DNA of 39,881 nucleotides from a virus (lineage: Duplodnaviria > Caudoviricetes), in IMG/VR virus record IMGVR_UViG_3300043448_000119, positions 1 through 39,881 of that record; one strand, given 5' to 3'. A program made the translations under genes and the position numbers. Positions 1 through 9,300 of the stretch are shown here, one piece after another. Position 1 is the first letter of the stretch; each line of letters starts with the position of its first letter. Below the pieces are notes generated by a model. It was not told the DNA's origin, searched no databases, and saw only the letters and a program-made list of their open reading frames with translations.

Positions 1-824
1 TCATCGATACCGACGTTTGATGTTGTTGCATCTCCATCGACGACTAATGTCATACCCAATGTTCCTGGGTCTGTAATACCAGCAGTTCCAAAAGTTACGT
101 ATGCTTTATCGGTATATCCACTATTGTCTGCTACTACTGCTTCATCTGTTCTTATAATTGCCTGTGTTTCAGTATAAATTAAAGATGTAACGAGAGTAGA
201 ATCGAATGTAATTTGTTGAGAAGTTAAACTGTTAAGTAGAATGAATGTGGTTCCATTCGCAAACCCATGTGGACCGTTTGTGGTAACTGTAATAGTAGAG
301 GGATTTGCTCCATCAGTAGCAATAGCGCCAAGAGATTCTAATTTAAATTCAGTCCCTTGATATAAAGATGCAAGATAAATTTCAGTAGCATCTTCTCTTA
401 AAGAACCTGTTATTGGAGATGTTCTTCTTGCTCTATATGTAAATGATGTTGTTGTTGGTGTAGTAAGGACAACATATGTACCATCAGCAAACTGTAAATT
501 AGCACCCTTAACAATAATAGAGTTACCGACGACCAATCCATGATCTTCGGAAGTTGTTACTGATATTGTGTTGCTACCAGAAACTGCAGTCATAGTAATA
601 ATACTTAAACTTAAAGAACCATCTCGAGCAAAGAAAGTAGGAATATTATTGATGAGCTCTAAGGTTTCCCACTTTGAAGATTGCAAACCGTATTCGAAGT
701 CAGTATCAATTAAGTTAGATGGCTCAGAGACACGCATCTTAGACACTGGGTCATAGATGGTCTCATTAGGTTCGATAGTTACTGAACCAGCGATTCTGTT
801 TGCTTTTAATACGTCAAGAGACAT
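1..824 (-). CDS. Large tail-fibre/virion protein, 3'-truncated by the window edge; paralogue of the 3464-aa protein (absent from ORF track)
   Basis: ATG at 824-822 is preceded by a GGAGA RBS, and the frame appears open to the window edge. It translates MSLDVLKANRIAGSVTIEPNETIYDPVSKMRVSEPSNLIDTDFEYGLQSSKWETLELINNIPTFFARDG...IATDGANPSTITVTTNGPHGF, which aligns by eye to DPVSKIRISQPENLIDTDFEYGLQTTKWETLKLVNNVPSFYSRNG...IETNGLNPSHLIVKTKFPHGF in 6349..16743. Confidence 0.9.
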   Translation of the reverse strand, partial: MSLDVLKANRIAGSVTIEPNETIYDPVSKMRVSEPSNLIDTDFEYGLQSSKWETLELINNIPTFFARDGSLSLSIITMTAVSGSNTISVTTSEDHGLVVGNSIIVKGANLQFADGTYVVLTTPTTTSFTYRARRTSPITGSLREDATEIYLASLYQGTEFKLESLGAIATDGANPSTITVTTNGPHGFANGTTFILLNSLTSQQITFDSTLVTSLIYTETQAIIRTDEAVVADNSGYTDKAYVTFGTAGITDPGTLGMTLVVDGDATTSNVGID

Positions 825-852
825 TTTTTCTCCAATTTTCCAATAAGTTTAT

Positions 853-859
853 TATTTAT
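853..859 (-). promoter_or_regulatory. T4-type late promoter core ATAAATA
   Basis: Plus-strand tatttat at 853-859 overlaps the TAA stop of the 563-aa gene and lies about 30 nt upstream of the ATG at 824. Confidence 0.6.
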
Positions 860-2547
860 GATCCACCACGAACTTTATATACATTGTAGCGTATAACAAT
901 CCTATCATCTGGATTCGGCGCTTCTGTAAAGATTAAAGTGCTACCAGAAGTGTAATAGGAATAAGATGATCCTGGGGTTTGAGGAACACCACCAACAGTA
1001 ACAAATATCTCATCTTCAGCCATAGCTGCGGATAATGAATAGTTAGTAGTAGTTCCATCGCCAGTGTATATTGTTCGATTATATTTAGGCGTAAACTCTA
1101 GTGCAGATCCAGAAGAATTTAACAGTGGAGTTGCTGCGCTTAATCTTAAAGATGTTGCGTTAATCGTTCCAACAACATCTAATGGAAAAACTGCTGTAGT
1201 GTTTAAAGTTCTTGGTGTGCTAGCTGTTCCACTAGAAGTTCCATTTACTGGGCTTAGAGCAACTGACAGATAGTAATAATAAGTAAAAATTTGCGCATAA
1301 GCACCACCAGAGGCATTAGCTGTTGCTAGAGAGGTTGTTCTAGCAGTAGTAAATGTTGAGCTGTGAGTTCTTGTGTTAGCTGAAGGTACAGTCTCAACCA
1401 AAAACCATGATGTGCTAAATGAAGTTTTTCTATAAACTTTATACGATGTTGCGCCAGTAACAGCACTCCAAGTTATTGTTGCTGTGTGGCTAGTTGGTGA
1501 TGCACCAGCGGAATAATAGCGAGATGAGGTTGCGGTTCCTATGGTTTCTCCATATGCATTAACTGCTGTAACTGCAAAGGAAACCGAAAACGCTCCAGTA
1601 GATACAGAAGAAGAACCAGTCGCATATGTTATAGATGTTTCGCTTAATGCTGTAACTGCGCTACTACCAGTAATGTGTAAATTACCACCTCTAATACCAC
1701 CTGCAACTTTTAATGCACCAGCAGAAGATGTTGCAGGTGTCGTGCTACCTAGAGTTATGTCTCCAGTTGGACCATCAATACTAAATTTTGTTGTTAGAAT
1801 ATCTACATCAACTAGAGTACCAGTTGTTTCACTAACAAGAAGCGGATATACTGTTCCAGTAGCATTTGTAGTATCAGTAATTGCAATAGCGTCAGAAGAT
1901 TGAACCCACTGAACTCCTGTCCCTGTTGATTTAAGAACATAATTATTCGTTCCAGCGCTACCATCAGCAGTAAGTGTTCCAGTTAGGATTAAATTGTTTA
2001 TTGTTTTACCACTTAGACTTTGCGTGGAGTCAGTGTCTACAATTGTTTTTCTACCAGTAGCGGTGCCAATGGTTAGAATATTATCATCTGTATCCCAGAA
2101 GATAGAACCTTCTGCAGTTTGTGCAGCGGCAGCGCCTTGAGGTAAAACAAGAGAACCTGCTGCTGCATCAATTGTTGGGTTGTTGATTGTTGGGGATGTT
2201 AAAGTTTTGTTTGTTAAAGTTTGTGTATGATCTTTAAAAACAAACTCGTCATTACCTGAAAGAATAGGCAATGTTATTGTTCTTGTTCCATCCAACTCTC
2301 CGACTGCAAACTGATAGAAATGATCTCCAGTAGTATCCCCAATTTTAGGGAGAGTCAGTACTTTATTGGATAGAGTTTGTGAGGTATTTGTGCCAACTAA
2401 TGTAGTTGTTACCTGTGGGAGTGATAAAACTTTATCACTATCAACAATAATCCCATTACCTGTTAGGTCTAGATTATCGCCAGAAGAGAGTTCTTCTATT
2501 GTGTTAGTTTGTCCAGATTTGACTATTAGAGGAAAACGATTAGCCAT
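856..2547 (-). CDS. Tail fibre protein (563 aa) with TQTLxNK shaft repeats, an FN3-like segment and a C-terminal small beta-sandwich domain
   Basis: MANRFPLI N-terminus; three xQ[TS]L[ST][NG]K repeats; FN3-like VTAVNAYGET...ITWSAVTGATSYKVYR; C-terminal YTGDGTTTNYSL...VTVGGVPQTP...LIFTEAP domain. The start overlaps the upstream stop (TAATG). Confidence 0.75.
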   Translation of the reverse strand: MANRFPLIVKSGQTNTIEELSSGDNLDLTGNGIIVDSDKVLSLPQVTTTLVGTNTSQTLSNKVLTLPKIGDTTGDHFYQFAVGELDGTRTITLPILSGNDEFVFKDHTQTLTNKTLTSPTINNPTIDAAAGSLVLPQGAAAAQTAEGSIFWDTDDNILTIGTATGRKTIVDTDSTQSLSGKTINNLILTGTLTADGSAGTNNYVLKSTGTGVQWVQSSDAIAITDTTNATGTVYPLLVSETTGTLVDVDILTTKFSIDGPTGDITLGSTTPATSSAGALKVAGGIRGGNLHITGSSAVTALSETSITYATGSSSVSTGAFSVSFAVTAVNAYGETIGTATSSRYYSAGASPTSHTATITWSAVTGATSYKVYRKTSFSTSWFLVETVPSANTRTHSSTFTTARTTSLATANASGGAYAQIFTYYYYLSVALSPVNGTSSGTASTPRTLNTTAVFPLDVVGTINATSLRLSAATPLLNSSGSALEFTPKYNRTIYTGDGTTTNYSLSAAMAEDEIFVTVGGVPQTPGSSYSYYTSGSTLIFTEAPNPDDRIVIRYNVYKVRGGS

Positions 2548-2849
2548 TATACTGCCACTCCTATAACTCCTGTTGGGTTAGTAGATGTTCTTACAAGAAC
2601 ACCCAAAATTCCAGAGGTTACGGAAACTACTACTGCGTCTTCTTGTAATACGTCTCCTCTTTGATAGATACGTAATAATCCACCACCACCGCCAGCACCA
2701 CCGCCAATAATCCCAACTGTATTATTTTGATTTTTATAATACAGTTTTCCATCTGCATAATTAAGTGCTAGTTCTCCATACTCTAAATCTGTTGTGAGCG
2801 GAATCTTTCCAGCCAAACTAGACTTTTTGAGAATAATTTTATTTGACAT
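2547..2849 (-). CDS. Small fibre adaptor (100 aa) with an Mtd-N/hyaluronidase-N-like N-terminal domain
   Basis: IILKKSSLAGKIPLTTDLEYGELALNYADGKLYYK matches the IxxKRS...P..L..GEL.....D.kLY fibre N-terminal motif. A poly-Gly hinge follows; AAGGA RBS. Confidence 0.7.
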   Translation of the reverse strand: MSNKIILKKSSLAGKIPLTTDLEYGELALNYADGKLYYKNQNNTVGIIGGGAGGGGGLLRIYQRGDVLQEDAVVVSVTSGILGVLVRTSTNPTGVIGVAV

Positions 2850-2878
2850 TATATTCCTTAAAAAAGGGACTCACTGAG

Positions 2879-2896
2879 ATAGAGTAAAAACTCTAT
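2879..2896 (-). other. 7-bp stem / 4-nt loop hairpin in a late-transcript leader
   Basis: The mRNA strand reads ATAGAGT-TTTT-ACTCTAT, a perfect inverted repeat between CTAAATA (2905-2911) and the ATG at 2849. Confidence 0.45.
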
Positions 2897-2904
2897 GTTA
2901 CTTC

Positions 2905-2911
2905 TATTTAG
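2905..2911 (-). promoter_or_regulatory. T4-type late promoter core CTAAATA
   Basis: Plus-strand tatttag at 2905-2911 overlaps the stop of the 722-aa gene and lies upstream of the 100-aa gene. Confidence 0.55.
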
Positions 2912-5076
2912 TATGTTCCACCATCAATATTAAATCCATCGATATCAGATGTTGCTGCACCAGCACCGATAATATCAGCTGCAGTTCTAATGTTCTTTAG
3001 AATACCCAAACCACCAGCAATAACAACAGAGGCAGCTGTAGTAGTTGTAGCTTCAGTAGTATCAGCAATCGCTAATTTACCGAATCTTAAGTTACCAAAT
3101 ACGCCAGATACACGAGGATCAAATGTAGAACCAGTTTCAGTTGCATCAGCAATAAATACAAACTCTGAGCCAGAATCATCGTATCCGAAGAAACCATGTT
3201 TAGCCATTCCAGCACCAGAAGAATCATACCAGTGGAACTTAATACCACGATCCAGGTTATCGTCTGATACTGCATCCAACTCACCACCCAAAGTGAAGAT
3301 TGGGTCATCAATAGCGATCTGTGTAGAATTAATGGTAGTAGTTGTACCATCAACTTGTAAGTTACCTTTAATGATAACAGTACCACCGTTATCATTTACT
3401 GGAGCAGGATCAATGTAAAGGATATTACTATTATCTGTTGTAGAAATAGTATTACCATCAATACGAATATTATCTACGTTTAACTGCCCAGTCAAAGTGG
3501 CAGTCATATCATTACCAGCACCAGATGTTCCTTGTAGTGTTAATGTGTTTGCATTAACAGTGGCTGCTGTTGTAGTTGCAATAATACTGTTACCAACACC
3601 AGAAGTGTCAAGGGTTATGTTTGTTGCGTTTACATCTAGAGTAGTTACATCTATTTGCACCTCATTAGATGCAATTGTTGTTTGTCCAGTAGAACCATTA
3701 GATGTAATATTTACTTTGTCAGTTAATGAAGAACCAACAGAGATAATCGCTTCACCAGCTCCTGTGTTTACAGAATCAATAGTTAGAGTTTTATTTGATG
3801 CACTATTAGTTGTAATCGTCAGATTTGAATTATCAGTCGCATCAATAGAAACTGAAGTTGCATCTAATGTATAGCTGTTCTTTACATTAACGTCCATGTT
3901 GGCATCGCCAACAGAGTTGTCTGCTTTTAACTCATAGGTGATTGCTGTGCCAGTAGCAGCATCAACACCCATAGTTGTTGTATTGCTACCAGTAATAGAA
4001 ACTGTAGTGCCATAAACTGTTGTTGCAACGCGAGCAAGAGCAGCGCCGATAGTTGTCGCACTATCAATTTGTACTGTTCCGTCAACTTCTAAATTACCAA
4101 GAACGTGACCGTTGTGGTTAATTGTTGTTGTTCCAGAGTTTGAACCGATACTAACAACAGTAGCCCCAAGGAATGCATTAACTGTAGATGGACCATCATT
4201 AGTTAAAGAAGCATCCGAGTCTTTATTTAAAAGATTAAATGTTCCTTGGTTAGAATATAAGTCTCCACCATTAATCGCGAAATCACCACTAATGGTTTGA
4301 GCGCCAGATACTGAGAAATCTCCTTGGACATTCAAATTACCTGCGATACCAACACCGCCATCAACAACTAAAGCTCCAGTTGTGTGGCTTGTTGATGCTG
4401 TTGTTGCATTAATATTGACAGTAATAATTTTAGATTCAATGTCTAATGAGTTTGTATCAATAGACATTGCAAGAGTGCTATCAGTATAGAATCTTAATGT
4501 ATCATCAGATCCTGCTGGTGTGCTCTCTGCGGTAATATATGTTAAACCATCAACTGAGCGAACACCACCAAGCGATGACCAGTTAGAACCAGAATAACCC
4601 TCGAACTGTGAGATATCAGAATTGTAACGAATAGCTCCCTGAACTAATGGACCTTGTTGCGCAGTAGTTCCTACTGGGATGACCAATCCATTGGTTCCAA
4701 CAATATGGACATAACCTGTTCCTGCTGGGTCTAGTTCAATATTACCATTAGTGTCCGTTGAAGAGATCTTATTTCCATTGATGGTAATGTTATCAACATT
4801 TAGTTCATCAATTTTCTTGTTATCATCAACGATAATTGCTGAATTTGCTGTTAGCGTTCCGTGAACATGATCCAACATATCGGTGAAGTATTTACCACCG
4901 ATAACATATGTGTTAGCAGCATTACCTGCTGTTTCTGGACCGAAACCTATGTATAATCTGTCACCACCGTTTGCTTGCGTACCGCCAGCAGCAGAATATG
5001 CCAATTCACCATTTGCTAATGGCGTTGGCGCAGAAGCTAATGTGCCAGAACGCTTAATACGAATAATTGATGCCAT
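2908..5076 (-). CDS. Tail fibre protein (722 aa) with an Mtd-N-like N-terminus and C-terminal DGGTY
   Basis: MASIIRIKRSG...LANGELAYS...DRLYIG N-terminal domain; PVGTTAQQ...GAIRYNS...FEGY module; two LNVDNI.I.GN.IS.TD repeats; GALVVDGGVGIAGNLNV and GNLQVDGTTTTINST shaft motifs typical of T4-like cyanophage-type fibres. Confidence 0.8.
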   Translation of the reverse strand: MASIIRIKRSGTLASAPTPLANGELAYSAAGGTQANGGDRLYIGFGPETAGNAANTYVIGGKYFTDMLDHVHGTLTANSAIIVDDNKKIDELNVDNITINGNKISSTDTNGNIELDPAGTGYVHIVGTNGLVIPVGTTAQQGPLVQGAIRYNSDISQFEGYSGSNWSSLGGVRSVDGLTYITAESTPAGSDDTLRFYTDSTLAMSIDTNSLDIESKIITVNINATTASTSHTTGALVVDGGVGIAGNLNVQGDFSVSGAQTISGDFAINGGDLYSNQGTFNLLNKDSDASLTNDGPSTVNAFLGATVVSIGSNSGTTTINHNGHVLGNLEVDGTVQIDSATTIGAALARVATTVYGTTVSITGSNTTTMGVDAATGTAITYELKADNSVGDANMDVNVKNSYTLDATSVSIDATDNSNLTITTNSASNKTLTIDSVNTGAGEAIISVGSSLTDKVNITSNGSTGQTTIASNEVQIDVTTLDVNATNITLDTSGVGNSIIATTTAATVNANTLTLQGTSGAGNDMTATLTGQLNVDNIRIDGNTISTTDNSNILYIDPAPVNDNGGTVIIKGNLQVDGTTTTINSTQIAIDDPIFTLGGELDAVSDDNLDRGIKFHWYDSSGAGMAKHGFFGYDDSGSEFVFIADATETGSTFDPRVSGVFGNLRFGKLAIADTTEATTTTAASVVIAGGLGILKNIRTAADIIGAGAATSDIDGFNIDGGTY

Positions 5077-5090
5077 CTACTTATCTCCGA

Positions 5091-5351
5091 TTAAAAATTT
5101 CCACCATCCATATCTTGGGCAACAAGATTTCTAGATGCAATCCATTTGGTTGCTAGTACATTATAAATTAGTAGAGATCCTGTCTCTAAATTTGATGCGT
5201 CTACGTTAGACGCAGACTCTAATGTAAAACTCTCTGCGTTACCTGTAACACCTTGTATACCAACTGCTGGGACTTGAACCTGAGCACCAATAGTGCTTAC
5301 TGTTGCTGGTATATTCTGGACTTGAGAGACTTTTGCTTTTATGTTGCTCAT
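5091..5351 (-). CDS. Small virion/fibre adaptor protein (86 aa) ending in DGGNF
   Basis: NVDASNLETGSLLIYN...KW fibre-type motif and C-terminal DMDGGNF; ATGA overlap with the upstream 112-aa gene. Confidence 0.65.
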   Translation of the reverse strand: MSNIKAKVSQVQNIPATVSTIGAQVQVPAVGIQGVTGNAESFTLESASNVDASNLETGSLLIYNVLATKWIASRNLVAQDMDGGNF

Positions 5352-5686
5352 CTTGTTATCTCTGGTGATAATACTACTATGCCTTCTAGAACTCTAAATT
5401 TATCTTGAGTTGTTGAATTGGTTATTTCTACATCATAAAGATATCTTCCTGCTCTCATAGAGGAAGATGTAGTTGGTGATAATTGCAATCTAATCTGACC
5501 TCCTAGTGGATCCCCATAAACTGAAGCTGTAAAACTCCAAGAGTTTGACGACTGATAAGACTTTCTAATTTGAGCCTGAATCGTATATGTTGACAGATTC
5601 ATCGGGCTTCCGTCTTGATTTGTTAAATCAATAACTGTACTAAAAGTCGTGCCTTGGTCGATGTAAAGATTAGAAATTGTAGCCAC
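5348..5686 (-). CDS. BppU-N/LtfC-like beta-sandwich virion protein (112 aa)
   Basis: LYIDQGTTF...YTIQAQIRKSY...GQIRLQL...AGRYLYDVEI...RVLEG.V...PEITR pattern, common in T4-like phage fibre regions. GTG start with GGAGAG RBS. Confidence 0.7.
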   Translation of the reverse strand: MATISNLYIDQGTTFSTVIDLTNQDGSPMNLSTYTIQAQIRKSYQSSNSWSFTASVYGDPLGGQIRLQLSPTTSSSMRAGRYLYDVEITNSTTQDKFRVLEGIVVLSPEITR

Positions 5687-5703
5687 TTAACTCTCCACTC
5701 TCT

Positions 5704-5710
5704 TATTTAT
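5704..5710 (-). promoter_or_regulatory. T4-type late promoter core ATAAATA
   Basis: Intergenic tatttat at 5704-5710, about 18 nt upstream of the GTG at 5686. Confidence 0.6.
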
Positions 5711-5712
5711 TA

Positions 5713-6339
5713 TTATGCAAAGTTGTGGTTTTCAGCATAGACCCAACCTCTTGCTTCATTATAATAAACAAAAACTCTAGCCTCTCTAGAGTCGTTTAGA
5801 ACAGGATTGTCTGTTGAACCAGCTAGTTTTTTACCATTTAAATTGATAGTGCAGTTGTTAGTTGCAAAGGTTCCAGCAGCATCAACTATTCTTATGGTGT
5901 CACCCATTGAAGCTGTTGCTGGAAATGTAGCCTCAACTGCGCCAGCTGTGGTATTAACGAAATAATATCCACCAGCGACAGCTGTAAAGTTTGCAGTTTT
6001 TTCTTCCCATTGACCAACACTAGATCTAGAAATAGATTGTGTTAGTTTTTCTCTTGTAATCACACCATCCGCTACGGTTGGCACAAGGAACTGTTTGCCG
6101 AGGAAAACAATAAAAACATTACCATTATTTACTGGAGGAGTCGTAAAGACGATTTGACTACCACCAGATGTAATGTTAAAGTCTCTTCCTGGTTTCTGAA
6201 CTTGCCCATTTCTTACAACAAGCAAAGAAGCAGAATTGGAAACTTTATAATCTAAATCAAAAGTCGTGGCTGAACCATCGACTGGAGGTGTTTGAACCTC
6301 AAAAATTCCATAAGTTGGTTCTCTTCCTAGATATGCCAT
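5713..6339 (-). CDS. Fibre connector (208 aa): small beta-sandwich domain plus a T4 gp9/gp10/gp34-like domain
   Basis: MAYLG start; DGSATTFDL...VVRNGQVQKPGRDF...IVFTTPP domain; C-terminal WEEKTANFTAVAGGYYFVNTTAGAV...PATASMGDTIRIVD...FATNNCTINLNG...GW resembles the gp9/10-type domain. Confidence 0.7.
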   Translation of the reverse strand: MAYLGREPTYGIFEVQTPPVDGSATTFDLDYKVSNSASLLVVRNGQVQKPGRDFNITSGGSQIVFTTPPVNNGNVFIVFLGKQFLVPTVADGVITREKLTQSISRSSVGQWEEKTANFTAVAGGYYFVNTTAGAVEATFPATASMGDTIRIVDAAGTFATNNCTINLNGKKLAGSTDNPVLNDSREARVFVYYNEARGWVYAENHNFA

Positions 6340-6348
6340 TCTGACCTC

Positions 6349-9300
6349 TTATGCCTGTGATTCTGACCAAGTAATACGAGCCGATGCTTGGAACGGAGCA
6401 GAACCATTGATAGTTGAAGTGTCAATTGGTGTCGCTGTAATTGTCAAGATATCTGGACCGTTAGGGAATGTTTCGTCGCCACCTAAGATCGAGTTACCTA
6501 GCTGAGCAACTTCACCAAGCTCTGCTGTTGTCTGAATTAAACTACGCTGACCAGTTGTTGCGCTAATAATAGAACCACCAGAAGCACGGAACGAGAATAA
6601 CTGAATACCGTTCTTAATGGTTTCTCCTGGTGAATGTCTATAGATTTGCGACAATGAAGGAGCAGTATTATTAACGAAGTTACTGTCTGACAAATCAGAG
6701 TTCAAGAATAGTTTAATCTCAGATTCATGTGTCAATAGAACACCGCAAGAGTTTAGGGTCAGTTGCATTCTATTAATGACATCTCGGAAACCAAGACCAC
6801 CAGTTAATCCGTTATCTACAGAAGGAGCAAGACGGATAGAAACTAGAGGAACTGGAGCAAGAGCAGAAATTGACTGATTGCTTGTTCCACCACCAACAAT
6901 AAAGTTTTGACCATTAGCGCCAATTCCAGTGATAGCGTTTCTAAATCTTTGTGTCAATATGACTCTACTATTTGTGGTTCCTGCAACAATAGAAACAGAT
7001 TTAACTAAAGTGTTTGCTGGTAAATAGAAGTTATTAAAATCATTCTGAACAGAAACACTAGAACCAACAATAAACTTAGATGAGTTAGCGTTAGTTACAA
7101 GTATGAAGTCGTCTCCTCTGTTGATGTTAGTGCTTGCTAATGATGCAACAATCTGAGTGCCACCATTCGTTAGAGTAATAACATTAGAGTCAGCAGTAAA
7201 CAAGTATGCTTTATCGTCATCAAAACGACCATCCATAATAACAGAAGTACCCCAGTGGAATAGTTGTGGAGAGAATGTTGGTTCGCCGAATGTTACAACT
7301 TCGTAACGTGCTGGGATATTACCAGAGCGCATGTATGCTTCAACGAATTCATTGTTGTGGATAAACTCATGGAAGTAGCGAACTTCACCACGCTGGTCTT
7401 TAACACCAAAGCGAATCTTACCAGCACCATACCAAGAGTAGTCAATGTATACCATCTGAATCTTATTAAGGTCTAGGACATAACCGCTTCTTCCGTTTCC
7501 GTCTGCCTTATCAAGAGTCCATTGATTTTGCGGTACTTTTGTATCAATTGTTTTGGTTCCAATAATATTGGTTAGAGTTGATCCACGATACTCTGGTTGA
7601 ATATACATTTGAGTATCACTATCAATTCCAATAACTTTGTAAGACATACCACGAATTACAACATACTCACCAACATTTAATTGAGTTGTAAATTTAGTTT
7701 TTTCTCCAGTAATTAGAGAAGAGCGATATGTTGCATTAATTCTTCCAGAAATCTGCTGGATAGAACTTCTTCTCACACAATATAGCTGCTGTCCATCATA
7801 CTCAAAGAACATACCGTTTTGAGTATCAAATAAACCACAGCGAACCGCAGCATCTTTCCAAGAGACTAAGTTAAACTTAGGGAATCCATAAGCAACAGAA
7901 GATCCATTTTGTCTATAGATCGGTAGTCTTATTTGTTTAATTACAGTTCCAGTATTTTCTGTTGTGTTTATACCAGCTTGAGTATATGTAAATGATGTTG
8001 TATCAACAACTGTTACTGGTGCAGAGAATCCGTTAAAGTTTGCGCCAACCCCAGTGCCTGAGATAGAAATATAATCTCCTGTTACAAGACCATGATTAGA
8101 TGAAGTAACAACTGTTACAGTATCATTCAATCTTGTAATAGAAGAAATTGCAACCGTTGGTGAGCTTCCTGTAATAGAATTAGACAGTGTCAAAACCTTA
8201 GTGTTTGTATTAACATCTGTAATAATTGTATTTGCAGGAATAGTAATTCCGCTGTATGTTCCAGCTTTAATTGTCTTACCTACTGCAACACCATTTAAAT
8301 TCCAAACTGAACCGATAGTATTAGTTCCATTTGTTACTGTTCCAAACAATGGTGTGTCTTCATAAACATATGTAAATGTATACTCGTCAACAACCTCTAA
8401 GATATCAAATTGACCATTATAGCCATTATGACCAGAAGCGACTGTTGCTTCTGTAATTCTTATCTTGTTTGTTGTTCCTGGTTTAAATCCATGAGGAGAG
8501 TCAACCTTAATCTTAGCAATGTTTTCATTAGATGTAAGCTCTTCGCAATCTGTTGGTGGGTTAAAGTTAATCGCAATAGAAACTTGGATACCTTTACCAG
8601 ATTGATAACGGAAGTACTTACGAGTCTGACGAACTACACTAGAGTCAGGAACTAGACCAGTAGTCATAGTAACTCCACCGTCGAATGGACGATGAGCAGT
8701 TGTAGCATTAGATTTAACGTAAATATTTGTATTAATGAAGTATTCAAAAACTGGTTGGATAGAAATTGCATTACCAGCAGCGAAACTTGAATTTAAATAT
8801 TCACTAATTGTTAATATATTACCATTAATTGCAGTAATTCTAGTGTTCGCTTTAAATCTTCCATTACTATCAAATAAGTAGTAGCCAACAGCTAGATCAG
8901 CAGCATTGTTTACTGTTATAGTTTGAGATCCAGTTGTTACTGCTGCACCAGATGATACTGTTCTGTCAATAATTAAATTAACCTTAACAATTGCATCAGG
9001 AGTAATAGGAGATCTCAATTTAATCGAAGTATCTGATTTTACAGAAGAGATAGTATAGTTAAAAATTTTACCTGGGTTAGCTGCAGTATAGAAACGTAGA
9101 ACGTCGCCACCCTTAAAGTTTGTTAAGAACTTAGTTCCGATACCTGTAATAATGTCTGATTCTTCAGTAACAACTACTGTACCTAGTCCTTTGGTTAAAC
9201 CAACAATAGAGTAAGTATCAAAGCTCTGCGATCCGTTAGTTCCAGCAGTCAAATCAATTGTTGTTGGAGTTGGAGAAACAGCCTCATCAAATGTTGGTGC

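Noticed and set aside
2547-5076. Mtd-N-like domains hinting at a diversity-generating retroelement
   Set aside because: I saw no reverse transcriptase, no template/variable repeat pair differing at adenines and no C-type lectin target domain in the window.
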